A stretch of DNA of 64,000 bases from Candidatus Aphodoplasma sp. (GTDB taxonomy: Bacteria > Bacillota > Clostridia > UBA1381 > UMGS1253), in NCBI GenBank assembly GCA_045541115.1, contig JAZQIM010000011.1, positions 83,310 to 147,309 on the forward strand. The letters run 5' to 3'. Below are positions 10,701 through 19,012 of the stretch, in pieces. A program made the translations under genes and the position numbers. Position 1 is the stretch's first letter, and each line of letters opens with the position of its first letter. The notes beneath the pieces are model-generated. The model saw only the letters and a list, made by a program, of their open reading frames with translations. It was not told the origin of the DNA and made no database searches.

Positions 10701-11280
10701 TTCAGGCGAAGATGTAAACGTAATGGTATTTGATACAGAGGTTTACTCAAATACAGGCGGTCAGGCTTCAAAATCTACTCCGACAGGTGCTGTTGCACAG
10801 TTCGCTGCAGGTGGTAAGCCGATCAGAAAGAAGAATCTTGCTGAAATCGCAATGTCATACGGTTACGTTTACGTTGCACAGGTTGCTCTTGGCTATGACA
10901 TGGCTCAGACAGTTAAAGCAATCAAGGAAGCTGTAAGCTACAACGGTCCTTCACTTATCATCGGTTATGCTCCATGTATTAACCATGGTATCAAGGGCGG
11001 TATGACAGATACACAAAAGGTTATCAAGAATGCTGTTATGTCAGGATACTGGCAGACATTCAGATTTGACCCAAGACTCAGTGCTGAGGGCAAAGTACCG
11101 TTCACAATGGATTCAAAAGATCCGAGCGCTTCATACAGAGACTTCATCATGAACGAAGTTCGTTACAGCTCACTTGCTCGCAAGTTCCCTGAAAAGGCTG
11201 ATGAGCTATTTAACGAAGCAGAAAAACAAGCAAAAGAGCGCTATGAGCACTGGACAAAGTACAGCAAGCTTTTCGAGTAA
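7774..11280 (+). CDS. nifJ: Pyruvate:ferredoxin (flavodoxin) oxidoreductase, single-polypeptide PFOR
   Basis: 1168 aa. N-terminus MDGNNAAAWASYAFTDVAAIYPITPSS. Two 4Fe-4S ferredoxin motifs (CIQCNQCSLVCPH, CTGCGNCAKVCP). TPP-binding GGDGWAYDIGFGGLDH. Confidence 0.97.
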   Translation: MARKMKTMDGNNAAAWASYAFTDVAAIYPITPSSVMAEVTDEWAVENRENIFGQPVKVVEMQSEAGAAGAVHGSLAAGALTTTYTASQGLLLMIPNMYKMAGELLPSVIHVSARCVASHALNIFGDHSDVMACRQTGYALLCSNSPQEVMDLGAIAHLSTIKGRIPFLHFFDGFRTSHEIDKIEVWDYEDLKEMVDMDAVKAFRNGSLNPEHPVLRGSAQNPDIFFQNREACNKYYENIPAVVEEYMDKVNAKIGTNYHLVDYYGAPDATKVIVAMGSICETIEETIDYLNAKGEKVGLIKIRLYRPFPVDAFLKAVPATCKSIAVLDRTKEPGSIGEPLYLDVCACYAGKNDAPVIIGGRYGLGSKDTVPADIIATYKNLDAKEPIKSFTLAIEDDVTNLSLPREDSADTSAEGNTACKFWGLGSDGTVGANKNSIKIIGDHTDLYAQAYFAYDSKKSGGITVSHLRFGKNPIKSTYLINKANFVACHNPSYVDKYDMVEDLVPGGSFLLNCAWDEKELSERLPAKMKKYIADNNISLYTIDAIGIAKELGLGNKTSIVLQSAFFKIADVIPFADAVEYMKAAVVKSFGAKGEKIVSMNHAAIVEGEKNIKKVNVPADWKNATDACAKAASDAPEYVQNILEPCNKQQGDKLPVSAFMDMVDGHLPQGMAAYEKRGIAVDVPEWIPENCIQCNQCSLVCPHAVIRPAVMNEQEAANAPESMKSVKMNGKGMEGYKFSMAISTLDCTGCGNCAKVCPAKEKALVMKPIDTQLDAQKGFDYSRTLSVKEDLLSLPLNVKNSQFRQPLLEFSGACAGCGETPYAKLITQICGERAYISNATGCSSIWGGSAPSTPYTINHNGHGPAWANSLFEDNAEHGLGMEIAAKQLRERLSNQIAAIDNADVKAAYEAWKASYNDGEANAADTANLIAALEKDGSADAKAVLDFKEFLAKKAVWIFGGDGWAYDIGFGGLDHVLASGEDVNVMVFDTEVYSNTGGQASKSTPTGAVAQFAAGGKPIRKKNLAEIAMSYGYVYVAQVALGYDMAQTVKAIKEAVSYNGPSLIIGYAPCINHGIKGGMTDTQKVIKNAVMSGYWQTFRFDPRLSAEGKVPFTMDSKDPSASYRDFIMNEVRYSSLARKFPEKADELFNEAEKQAKERYEHWTKYSKLFE

Positions 11281-11300
11281 TTTAAAGCTTAACAAATCAA

Positions 11301-11329
11301 ACGACGGGTATCTTACCCGTCGTTTTTTT
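11301..11329. terminator. Bidirectional intrinsic terminator between nifJ and the hisF-like gene
   Basis: ACGACGGGTA-tct-TACCCGTCGT 10-bp stem flanked by an A-run and a T-run. A second hairpin AGCAGAGC..GCCCTGCT follows. Confidence 0.85.
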
Positions 11330-11376
11330 GTATTAAAAAAGCAGAGCGCATGCCCTGCTTTCTTTTTATATAGTTA

Positions 11377-12171
11377 TTATAATATATATGGTCTTATCGG
11401 CTGACCGTTTGCAATAAGGTAATCTTTAATTTCCTTTACATGGTAGTTTCTTGGCATCTTTGGTGAATAAAGCATCGAGGAAATAATGCCGGCAGATGCG
11501 CCTGTCTTTGAGAAAACCTCAAGCAGATGCTCCGGCTTTCCTGCACCACCCGACGCGATTACGGGAATATTTACGGCATCTGAAATCATCTTCGTAATCT
11601 CGATATCATAGCCCTGATGCGTACCGTCGTTATCAATAGAGTTTACGCATATCTCACCTGCTCCAAGCGCTTCGCCGCGCTTTGCCCACTCGACAGCATC
11701 CATTCCGGTAAAAACGCGAGCACCATCAATTGCAATTTCATATCCGCTCGGTATCTTTTCGCTCTTATCAACCTTTTTTACCTGCATGCTTAAAACAATG
11801 CATTGTCTGCCGAAAGCCTTTGCACCGTCATTTATTATCTGCGGATTGCGCACAGCCATCGAATCAATGCTTATTTTCTCGGCGCCCGCCTTTAATACCT
11901 CATACATGTCATCAAGGTTTCGTATGCCTCCGCCCACCGTAAATGGCACAAATACATTTTCTGCTACCATTTTTACTGTATCAATATCAATCTTACGCTT
12001 TTCTGCGCTTGCCAGTATATCAAAAAATATTATTTCGTCTATCTGGTCTGCATAAATCTTTTTGGCAACGACTTCAGCTTTGTCGATGTCAATGTTATTT
12101 TGAAATTTGTGCGCTTTTGTTACCATTTTATCTCGTATGTCAAAGCACGCGATTAGTCTTTTTGTAAGCAT
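11377..12171 (-). CDS. HisF-like (beta/alpha)8 synthase subunit; imidazole glycerol phosphate synthase cyclase paralog
   Basis: 264 aa: MLTKRLIACFDIRD..., FTVGGGIRN, VIASGGAGKPEHL. The D11 equivalent is present. The position aligning with Thermotoga HisF D130 (VVVAIDAKRV) reads IVLSMQVKKV, i.e. Gln. Confidence 0.8.
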   Translation of the reverse strand: MLTKRLIACFDIRDKMVTKAHKFQNNIDIDKAEVVAKKIYADQIDEIIFFDILASAEKRKIDIDTVKMVAENVFVPFTVGGGIRNLDDMYEVLKAGAEKISIDSMAVRNPQIINDGAKAFGRQCIVLSMQVKKVDKSEKIPSGYEIAIDGARVFTGMDAVEWAKRGEALGAGEICVNSIDNDGTHQGYDIEITKMISDAVNIPVIASGGAGKPEHLLEVFSKTGASAGIISSMLYSPKMPRNYHVKEIKDYLIANGQPIRPYIL

Positions 12172-12172
12172 C

Positions 12173-12796
12173 TTATTCTCCCCTTCCTAAAAGCGTAAAA
12201 TTCTTCAGAAGTTTAAGTCCTATCTCGCCGCTTTTTTCAAGGTGAAACTGCGAGGCATAAATATTGTCTTTATGTATCATAGAACAAAAATCCTTGCTGT
12301 AATTCGTGTATGCAAGCGCGATTTCGCTATCTTTGGGACGGATATGATACGAATTTACAAAATAAAAATATTCTTCGCCTGAAAGTCCGTCAAGAATTTT
12401 ATCGTCCGTGGTAAATCTTGCGCTGTTCCAACCTATCTGCGGGACTCTTACGTCTGCATCGTCAAATCTTACTACATCGCCTTTAAACCATCCAAGACAC
12501 GTCGCATTGTCTTCTTCACTTCTCTCAAAAAGAACCTGCAATCCGACGCAAATTCCCATAAACATCTTCTTTTTTTCGATTGCATGCTCATAAAGTAAAT
12601 CTATAAGGTCTAACTCACGAAGCGAATCCATCGTCGCTCCTGCCGAGCCGACACCGGGAAGTATAATATGGCTGCACTGCGATAGCGTCTGCCTGTCCCC
12701 TGTCAAAACAGCATCAATTCCTATATGAGAAAGTGCACTTTTTACGCTCGGTCCGTTTCCGGCTTTATAATCGATTACACCAATCATCTGTTTCAT
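12173..12796 (-). CDS. HisH-like class I glutamine amidotransferase subunit
   Basis: 207 aa: GVIDYKAGNGPSV, nucleophile elbow GICVGLQ, and QFHLEKS (His/Glu of the triad). The stop lies 1 nt from the hisF-like start. Confidence 0.85.
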   Translation of the reverse strand: MKQMIGVIDYKAGNGPSVKSALSHIGIDAVLTGDRQTLSQCSHIILPGVGSAGATMDSLRELDLIDLLYEHAIEKKKMFMGICVGLQVLFERSEEDNATCLGWFKGDVVRFDDADVRVPQIGWNSARFTTDDKILDGLSGEEYFYFVNSYHIRPKDSEIALAYTNYSKDFCSMIHKDNIYASQFHLEKSGEIGLKLLKNFTLLGRGE

Positions 12797-12809
12797 CCCT
12801 TCATAGCAT

Positions 12810-13559
12810 TTATTTTCTTAAGGTTTTTTCCCTGTTTATAATATACTCTCTTGCTCTCTTTTCCATCATATCATCTAACTTCTCAAGCTCATCTACTGCA
12901 TCGCAAGAATATTTCCTTTTAAGCGCCGCCTTTATAAGAAAATCGGTAAGCTCGGGATTTTTTGGAAGTATCGGCCCGTTTACATATGTCGCCACTGTGT
13001 TTTTGTAAATCACACCTTCATTATTGCCCGCGCCGTCATTTCCATATCCAAATATAACCTTGCCAAAAGCGCTATGGCCTTTTATGTCGGTATATCCCGC
13101 ATAATTTTCAAATCCTGCGAGAATAACCTTCTCATCGCCAAGACATACCTCGATTGCGACATTTCCTATAAACCTTTTATCGCTCTGTTTCGTGTCAATG
13201 TCAAGAACGCCAAAGCACTCTATCTTTCTGCCTTCATATTCATAATAATTTCCTAAGAGCTGATAGCCCGAACAAAGTGCGAGCAAAACGCCGTCATTTT
13301 CGACATACTCCTTTAGCGCACTGCCAAGCGTATCGCGATGCTCGCTTACCAAAAGAGCCGCTCTGTCAGTACCGCCTCCGAAAATGACAATATCGACATC
13401 GCTAAAATCAACGCTCATATCCACCGAAAGCTTTTTCTCAATAAACTCTATACCTCTTTTTTCACATCTGTCTTTTATGGCTGCTACATTTCCCGTATCG
13501 CCGCATAAGTTAAGAATCTCGGGGTAAATGTGACAAAGAGTAATGCTTTTTTTACTCAT
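12810..13559 (-). CDS. gatD: Lipid II isoglutaminyl synthase, glutaminase subunit GatD (CobQ/CobB-type GATase)
   Basis: 249 aa: ITLCHIYPEILNLCGDTGNV, nucleophile LALCSGYQLLG. Overlaps the murT stop by 8 nt. Confidence 0.85.
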   Translation of the reverse strand: MSKKSITLCHIYPEILNLCGDTGNVAAIKDRCEKRGIEFIEKKLSVDMSVDFSDVDIVIFGGGTDRAALLVSEHRDTLGSALKEYVENDGVLLALCSGYQLLGNYYEYEGRKIECFGVLDIDTKQSDKRFIGNVAIEVCLGDEKVILAGFENYAGYTDIKGHSAFGKVIFGYGNDGAGNNEGVIYKNTVATYVNGPILPKNPELTDFLIKAALKRKYSCDAVDELEKLDDMMEKRAREYIINREKTLRK

Positions 13560-14913
13560 TTTTACCCTCCTCCATCGCCTTAAGCGCCTTGTACATTGGA
13601 TACATCGCCGAATAATTTACAAGAAGGTAGCTAATCTTCTCATCGCCTTCCAAAATCGCCTTAAGCGCCAAATCAGTTGTATCGTAAACACTCATCTTGT
13701 TTTCATCATAATTTGCATATTTAAGCCTGATATACATATCATAGCGTCTTTCACCGCTTATTATATACCTTTTTGCATCGCCCTTAAGGAGTGATTCAAA
13801 ATCAACATCCCAAATCCACGAAACATCTTCGCCGTCTTGCGGACGGTCATTTAATGCAAGCAGAACGCTCTTCTCGCGCTTGTCATTTATGACGGTAGTA
13901 ACAGATTGATTAAATCCAATTGGATTTTTCGATAATAAAAGATATATCGTCTTATCTTTTATATTAAATCTGCTCATACGTCCCGGCTGCGGCTTTTGTG
14001 AGCATAACACGCCCATGATAAATTTTTTGTCAATGCCGAGCATATTGGTAGCGGCAAAAGCCATAAGCATATTATACACATTATAAATTCCCGTAACAGA
14101 GGACTGTGCATGCACGATGTAACCTTCGCTTGTAACGTCAAAATGAAGTATGCCTTCATTTATGCAGATATTTTTCGCAAGATATGAGGCCTTCGGGTTT
14201 TCGTTTAAACAATTTTCACATCTGTATCGTCCGATTTGTCCGTACATATAATATTCGTATGTCAGTGTATGGCCGCACTTTGCACAGAGCGCGCCATCAC
14301 GAATTTCATTACAGCCAAGAATATCGACTTTTCCGTCAACACCATAGTAAACAGCATCTCTGCCTTCGCCAAAAACTGCTGTGACGGGATCATCGGCATT
14401 CAACACGAGCTTTGCGCCGAGAGCCATATCAAAAGCCTTTTTCAAAAGCTTTGATGTTGTCTCAACCTCTCCGTATCTGTCAAGCTGGTCACGAAAAAGA
14501 TTTGTAACAACAATAACAGAGGGCTCAATATGGCTAAACAGTATCGGAAGCGTCGCTTCATCTACCTCAAGGCAGGCGAAATCCACATCAAGCGAAGCAA
14601 AAACCGATGCTTTCACGCAAAACGCCGTTATAATTCCGTTTATCATGTTTGCACCCGTGCTGTTGCACACAGTTTTATATCCTGCACGCACAAGCGTCGT
14701 GTTTATAAGGTTATTTGTCGTCGTCTTTCCGTTTGTACCGCACACGATAATTATTTGCTTTTTAACCTTTTTTGATAATACATCTATAATATAAGGGCAT
14801 ATTTTGCTTGCGTATTTTCCCGGAGCGGCCGATGCACGCGAGCCTGAGATTTTGCACAAAAAATATATTATTTTTGCCAACATAACAGCAATAATAATTC
14901 GCAGCCTTTTCAT
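13552..14913 (-). CDS. murT: Lipid II isoglutaminyl synthase, Mur-ligase-like subunit MurT
   Basis: Mur ligase P-loop VCGTNGKTTT, the MurT-specific Cys4 ribbon (CAKCGHTLTYEY...YRCENC), and a C-terminal DUF1727-like part. The start was moved to the ATG at 14913, which has the RBS AAAGGGTG; the ORF track starts 12 codons upstream. Confidence 0.85.
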   Translation of the reverse strand: MKRLRIIIAVMLAKIIYFLCKISGSRASAAPGKYASKICPYIIDVLSKKVKKQIIIVCGTNGKTTTNNLINTTLVRAGYKTVCNSTGANMINGIITAFCVKASVFASLDVDFACLEVDEATLPILFSHIEPSVIVVTNLFRDQLDRYGEVETTSKLLKKAFDMALGAKLVLNADDPVTAVFGEGRDAVYYGVDGKVDILGCNEIRDGALCAKCGHTLTYEYYMYGQIGRYRCENCLNENPKASYLAKNICINEGILHFDVTSEGYIVHAQSSVTGIYNVYNMLMAFAATNMLGIDKKFIMGVLCSQKPQPGRMSRFNIKDKTIYLLLSKNPIGFNQSVTTVINDKREKSVLLALNDRPQDGEDVSWIWDVDFESLLKGDAKRYIISGERRYDMYIRLKYANYDENKMSVYDTTDLALKAILEGDEKISYLLVNYSAMYPMYKALKAMEEGKNE

Positions 14914-15129
14914 TTGTCGCACCCTTTCTTTAATAAGATAAATTTTCATATGCGTTAATTATAGCACGTATTTGACATAATTACAATAAATACAAAAAAA
15001 TAACATAATTTTTTATTGTAATTTTTTGTAACTTTTTTATTGCAAGAAACTACAATAAATGATATACTAATAAATATAGTTTTTTTACATTGATGCCATA
15101 AAAATACATGCAAGGAGGAAAATAGCTAA

Positions 15130-16107
15130 ATGGATACAATAAGAGTTGCTATTGTCGGTTATGGAAATCTCGGAAAAGGTGCACAAAAAGCAATTAAAAG
15201 CGCGCCCGACATGGAACTTGTCGGCATATTTACGCGCCGCAATCCTTCAGAACTTAACGCTGCAGATAATGCAAGCGTATATTCTATAGACGACATTTTA
15301 AATATGAAAGACAAAATTGATGCCGTAATCATATGTGGCGGAAGTGCAACTGACCTTCCCGAGCAGACTCCTTATCTTGCAAAGTATTTTAACGTTGTTG
15401 ACAGCTTTGATACACACGCAAAAATACCAACGCATTTCGAAAACACAGATAATGCAAGCAAAGAAGGCAAAACTGTCAGCATTATATCGAGCGGATGGGA
15501 CCCGGGTCTTTTCTCTTTAAACAGACTCATCGGCGAAGCCGTTCTCCCCGACGGATGCACATATACTTTCTGGGGCAAAGGCGTTAGCCAGGGCCACTCC
15601 GACGCAATAAGACGAATTGACGGAGTAAAAGATGCAAAGCAGTATACTATTCCTGTGGAAGATGCAATGATGCGCGTTCGAAACGGGGAAAATCCGGATC
15701 TTACCACAAGACAAAAGCATATCAGAGAATGTTTTGTCGTTGCTAACGAAGGCGCAGACCTTTCTTTAATTGAAAAAACGATTAAAGAAATGCCAAACTA
15801 CTTTGCAGACTATAATACAATTGTGCATTTTATAAGCGAAGAAGAACTTACGCGTGACCACTCAACAATTCCGCATGGCGGCCACGTTTTAAGAAGCGGC
15901 AAAACAGGCGAAAACAGCCATGTTATTGAATATAGCTTAAAGCTTGATTCAAATCCGGAATTTACTTCAAGTGTACTCGTCGCATGTGCAAGGGCGGCAT
16001 ATCGCTTCAGCAAGGCAGGCGATTTTGGCTGCAAAACAATATTTGATATTCCGCCTGCATATCTTCATCCGTCAGATGCCGAGACGTTAAGAAAAAACCT
16101 GTTATAA
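15130..16107 (+). CDS. ddh: meso-Diaminopimelate D-dehydrogenase
   Basis: 325 aa: MDTIRVAIVGYGNLGKG Rossmann N-terminus, WDPGLFSL, GVSQGHSDA motifs. RBS AAGGAGGAA. Confidence 0.85.
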   Translation: MDTIRVAIVGYGNLGKGAQKAIKSAPDMELVGIFTRRNPSELNAADNASVYSIDDILNMKDKIDAVIICGGSATDLPEQTPYLAKYFNVVDSFDTHAKIPTHFENTDNASKEGKTVSIISSGWDPGLFSLNRLIGEAVLPDGCTYTFWGKGVSQGHSDAIRRIDGVKDAKQYTIPVEDAMMRVRNGENPDLTTRQKHIRECFVVANEGADLSLIEKTIKEMPNYFADYNTIVHFISEEELTRDHSTIPHGGHVLRSGKTGENSHVIEYSLKLDSNPEFTSSVLVACARAAYRFSKAGDFGCKTIFDIPPAYLHPSDAETLRKNLL

Positions 16108-16192
16108 AAATCGCTTGAAAGTAGCATAAGCAATAGATGAGAATATAATATTTGTGTATAGAAAATTTTATTATAAGACTTGAGGTAATAAA

Positions 16193-17119
16193 ATGATTTG
16201 CAATAATATTTTGGAGGCAATGGGAGACACTCCCATTATACGTCTTTCACATATGTCAAGTCCTGATGATGCAGAAATTCTTGTTAAGTTTGAGGGTCTA
16301 AATGTTGGTGGCTCAATCAAAACAAGAACCGCATACAATATGATTTGCGATGCCGAAAGAAAAGGAATAATAAATAAAGATACTATAATCGTCGAACCGA
16401 CGAGCGGTAATCAGGGCATAGGTCTCGCTTTAGTAGGCGCAGTTAAAGGATACAAGACAAAAATTATAATGCCCGATTCTGTAAGTCAGGAAAGAATGCT
16501 TCTTGTAAAGCATTACGGCGCAGAGGTCATTCTTATTCACGACGCCGGAAATATCGGCGAATGTATCCACGAATGTCTCGAAACTGCTCTTAGCATGCAA
16601 AAAGATGATCCCAATGTTTTTGTTCCGCAGCAATTTGAAAACCCCGCAAACGTCGCTGTTCAACGTAATATTACCGGCGTCGAAATATTACGACAGGTAA
16701 ACAAACCTATTCACGGCTTTTGTTCAGGCATAGGTACCGGCGGTACTATTACGGGCATTGGCGAAACACTAAAAGAGAAAAATCCCGACATAAAAATCTG
16801 GGCTGTCGAGCCAGAACACGCCGCAATCCTTTCCGGCGGTTCAATCGGTACACATATCCAGATGGGAATCGGAGACGGACTTATTCCGCCTATACTTAAC
16901 CAGAACATATTTGATAATATATGTCTTATTAAGGACGAAGAAGCTATCACAACTGCCAAAGAGCTTGCATCAAAAGAAGGCATTATGTGCGGAATCTCAA
17001 GTGGCACGAATGTTGCAGCCGCAATAAAGCTTGCAAAAGTTTTGGGCAAAGGAAAAACCGTTGTCACGGTACTACCTGATACGGCAGAAAGATACTTCTC
17101 AACACCACTTTTTGACTAA
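16193..17119 (+). CDS. Cysteine synthase-family PLP enzyme (CysK-like O-acetylserine sulfhydrylase)
   Basis: 308 aa: PLP-lysine region GGSIKTR, VEPTSGNQGIGLA, GIGTGGTITG. The lysine motif differs slightly from the classical SVKDR, so exact substrate specificity is uncertain. Confidence 0.7.
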   Translation: MICNNILEAMGDTPIIRLSHMSSPDDAEILVKFEGLNVGGSIKTRTAYNMICDAERKGIINKDTIIVEPTSGNQGIGLALVGAVKGYKTKIIMPDSVSQERMLLVKHYGAEVILIHDAGNIGECIHECLETALSMQKDDPNVFVPQQFENPANVAVQRNITGVEILRQVNKPIHGFCSGIGTGGTITGIGETLKEKNPDIKIWAVEPEHAAILSGGSIGTHIQMGIGDGLIPPILNQNIFDNICLIKDEEAITTAKELASKEGIMCGISSGTNVAAAIKLAKVLGKGKTVVTVLPDTAERYFSTPLFD

Positions 17120-17141
17120 AGTAAAACAGGAGGATAAAATT

Positions 17142-18122
17142 ATGAACTCAAATGTCAGACCTGATACAATGGAGCGTATCACAACTAAACAATTAGCAGA
17201 CAAATTTATTGAAGAACAAATTGCACAGGTTCGTGCGCAGGTAGGTAACAAAAAGGTTTTGCTCGCACTCTCCGGCGGCGTTGACAGCTCGGTCGTTGCC
17301 GCACTTCTTATTAAAGCAATCGGCAAACAGCTCGTTTGTGTGCATGTTAACCACGGACTTATGCGCAAAGGCGAAAGCGAACAGGTTATCGAAGTCTTCA
17401 AAAACGGCCTTGATGCAAACCTTATTTACATCGATGCAACCAATAGATTTTTAGATAAGCTTTCGGGCGTCAGCGATCCTGAAAAGAAGAGAAAGATTAT
17501 TGGCGCAGAGTTCATAGAAGTATTTAATGAAGAGGCTAAAAAGCTTGACCATGTTGACTTTTTGGCGCAAGGTACAATCTACCCTGACATTTTGGAAAGT
17601 GATGGTGTAAAGGCACATCATAATGTCGGAGGACTTCCGGAGGATATGAAGCTTGAGCTCGTTGAGCCTGTCAAGCTCCTTTATAAAGACGAGGTAAGAG
17701 TCGTAGGCAAAGCGCTCGGTCTTCCCGATGAAATGGTTGACCGTCAGCCATTCCCCGGCCCCGGTCTTGGCGTAAGATGTCTCGGCGCTATTACTCGCGA
17801 CAGACTTTTTGCTCTTCGTGAAGCGGACGCAATTTTGCGCGAAGAATTCGACATTTGCGGCCTTAGCAAAACAGTTTGGCAATATTTTATTGCAATCCCC
17901 GATTTTACAAGTGTCGGCGTTAAAAACGACAAAAGATATGAAGGCTGGCCGGCAATTATCCGTGCGGTAAATACTAAAGATGCAATGAGCGCTACAATTG
18001 AGGAAATTCCGTACGAGATTCTTCATAAAATTACCAACCGTATTACTCATGAAGTCGATGGTATAAACCGCGTACTTCTTGACCTTACACCAAAGCCGAT
18101 TGGCACAATTGAGTGGGAATGA
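17142..18122 (+). CDS. guaA: GMP synthase, ATP-pyrophosphatase + dimerisation part only (no glutamine amidotransferase domain)
   Basis: The ATG at 17142 follows the RBS AGGAGG. 326 aa with PP-loop LALSGGVDSSV, HHNVGGLP, and a C-terminal ...PIGTIEWE typical of the GuaA end. The 37 upstream codons in the ORF track overlap the cysK-like gene and are rejected. Confidence 0.85.
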   Translation: MNSNVRPDTMERITTKQLADKFIEEQIAQVRAQVGNKKVLLALSGGVDSSVVAALLIKAIGKQLVCVHVNHGLMRKGESEQVIEVFKNGLDANLIYIDATNRFLDKLSGVSDPEKKRKIIGAEFIEVFNEEAKKLDHVDFLAQGTIYPDILESDGVKAHHNVGGLPEDMKLELVEPVKLLYKDEVRVVGKALGLPDEMVDRQPFPGPGLGVRCLGAITRDRLFALREADAILREEFDICGLSKTVWQYFIAIPDFTSVGVKNDKRYEGWPAIIRAVNTKDAMSATIEEIPYEILHKITNRITHEVDGINRVLLDLTPKPIGTIEWE

Positions 18123-18123
18123 T
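18111..18123 (+). repeat. attL core (direct repeat, current end of guaA)
   Basis: gagtgggaaTGAt encodes E-W-E-stop of the present guaA reading frame. Confidence 0.7.
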
Positions 18124-18221
18124 GTACGAAATGGCTGAACACCGCATAAATACTGGGTTTTTCGAAAATTAAAAGGTGTTTTGGCAACGATTTGGCAACA
18201 TCTGTATTATTCATAATAATT

Positions 18222-18262
18222 AAGAGCTAACTGATTTTTTGTAAAATCGGTTAGCTCTTTTT
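18222..18262. terminator. Hairpin terminator downstream of the XRE gene inside the left arm
   Basis: AAGAGCTAACTGATT-ttttgtaa-AATCGGTTAGCTCTT long stem flanked by T-runs. Confidence 0.7.
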
Positions 18263-18298
18263 GTCTTGTCATTTTTAATTTATTGAAAATGATACAGA

Positions 18299-18826
18299 TT
18301 ATTTGCTTTTAGAAGATTTTTTTGCTTCGGTGAAAATATCGCTGATTTGTTGTGACGGAACTTTAACCCATTTTTGTGTTGTATCAAATTCGGGGTAATG
18401 ATAACGCCATTCGTCATATTCTTCTTTGGTGATATTGCCGTCATAAAACTTTTTGGCGGTTTCAAGCCAAGCAAAAAGCATTTTATGAAGATTAGCGGCA
18501 GAGTTGCCTTTTGATGTATCAACACGCAAACAAACATCTCCGTCTGTTTCTTCAATTTTTACGCCGTATATATCTTCCAATGCAAAGAGAGTGTGCATTA
18601 AGCCAACATAGCTGTCAATGTTGGGAACATTTAAGGCAGCAGGAGAAACTTCTAACACTTTGGCAAGGTCATTTGTTAAATTCTCTTTCGGTGTTCTTGT
18701 GCCTGATTCATATTGTGCCATACGAATATCAGCAGTCTTTTCATCAAAACCGACTGCCATACCTAACCATTTTTGTGTCATACCTTTAAGATTGCGTAAA
18801 AAGCGTATTCTTTCACCTATTGCCAT
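18299..18826 (-). CDS. XRE-family HTH transcriptional repressor of the element
   Basis: 175 aa with an N-terminal HTH_3 (IGERIRFLRNLKGMTQKWLGMAVGF...MAQYESG). Divergent from the xis/int operon, with palindromic operators in between. Confidence 0.8.
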   Translation of the reverse strand: MAIGERIRFLRNLKGMTQKWLGMAVGFDEKTADIRMAQYESGTRTPKENLTNDLAKVLEVSPAALNVPNIDSYVGLMHTLFALEDIYGVKIEETDGDVCLRVDTSKGNSAANLHKMLFAWLETAKKFYDGNITKEEYDEWRYHYPEFDTTQKWVKVPSQQISDIFTEAKKSSKSK

Positions 18827-18930
18827 AATTTACTGCTCCTTTTCAATTTCTTATAGGTAGTATAACATATATGTTTAGTGTTTGTCAAGATAATATAAAC
18901 AAAAAAGTTTAATATTTTTTCAAAAACCAC

Positions 18931-18959
18931 TTGACATAAACAAAAATGTTTAGTATAAT
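18931..18959 (+). promoter_or_regulatory. Promoter of the xis-int operon with flanking palindromic operators
   Basis: TTGACA-17-TATAAT. Palindromes AACATATATGTT (18864-18875) and TTAAACATATAAGTTTAA (18970-18987) share a TGTTTA/TAAACA half-site. Confidence 0.65.
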
Positions 18960-19012
18960 GATATTGGACTTAAACATATAAGTTTAATTTATCGCGCAAG
19001 GAGGTGAAAAAT

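Noticed and set aside
8285-11150. Numerous 60-110-aa ORFs on both strands inside nifJ
   Set aside because: They are embedded in or antisense to the 1168-aa PFOR gene, with no independent signals.
17031-17141. N-terminal extension of the guaA ORF in the track (start 17031)
   Set aside because: The extension overlaps the last 89 nt of the CysK-like gene and has no RBS. The ATG at 17142 has a perfect AGGAGG and matches where the ATP-PPase domain begins.
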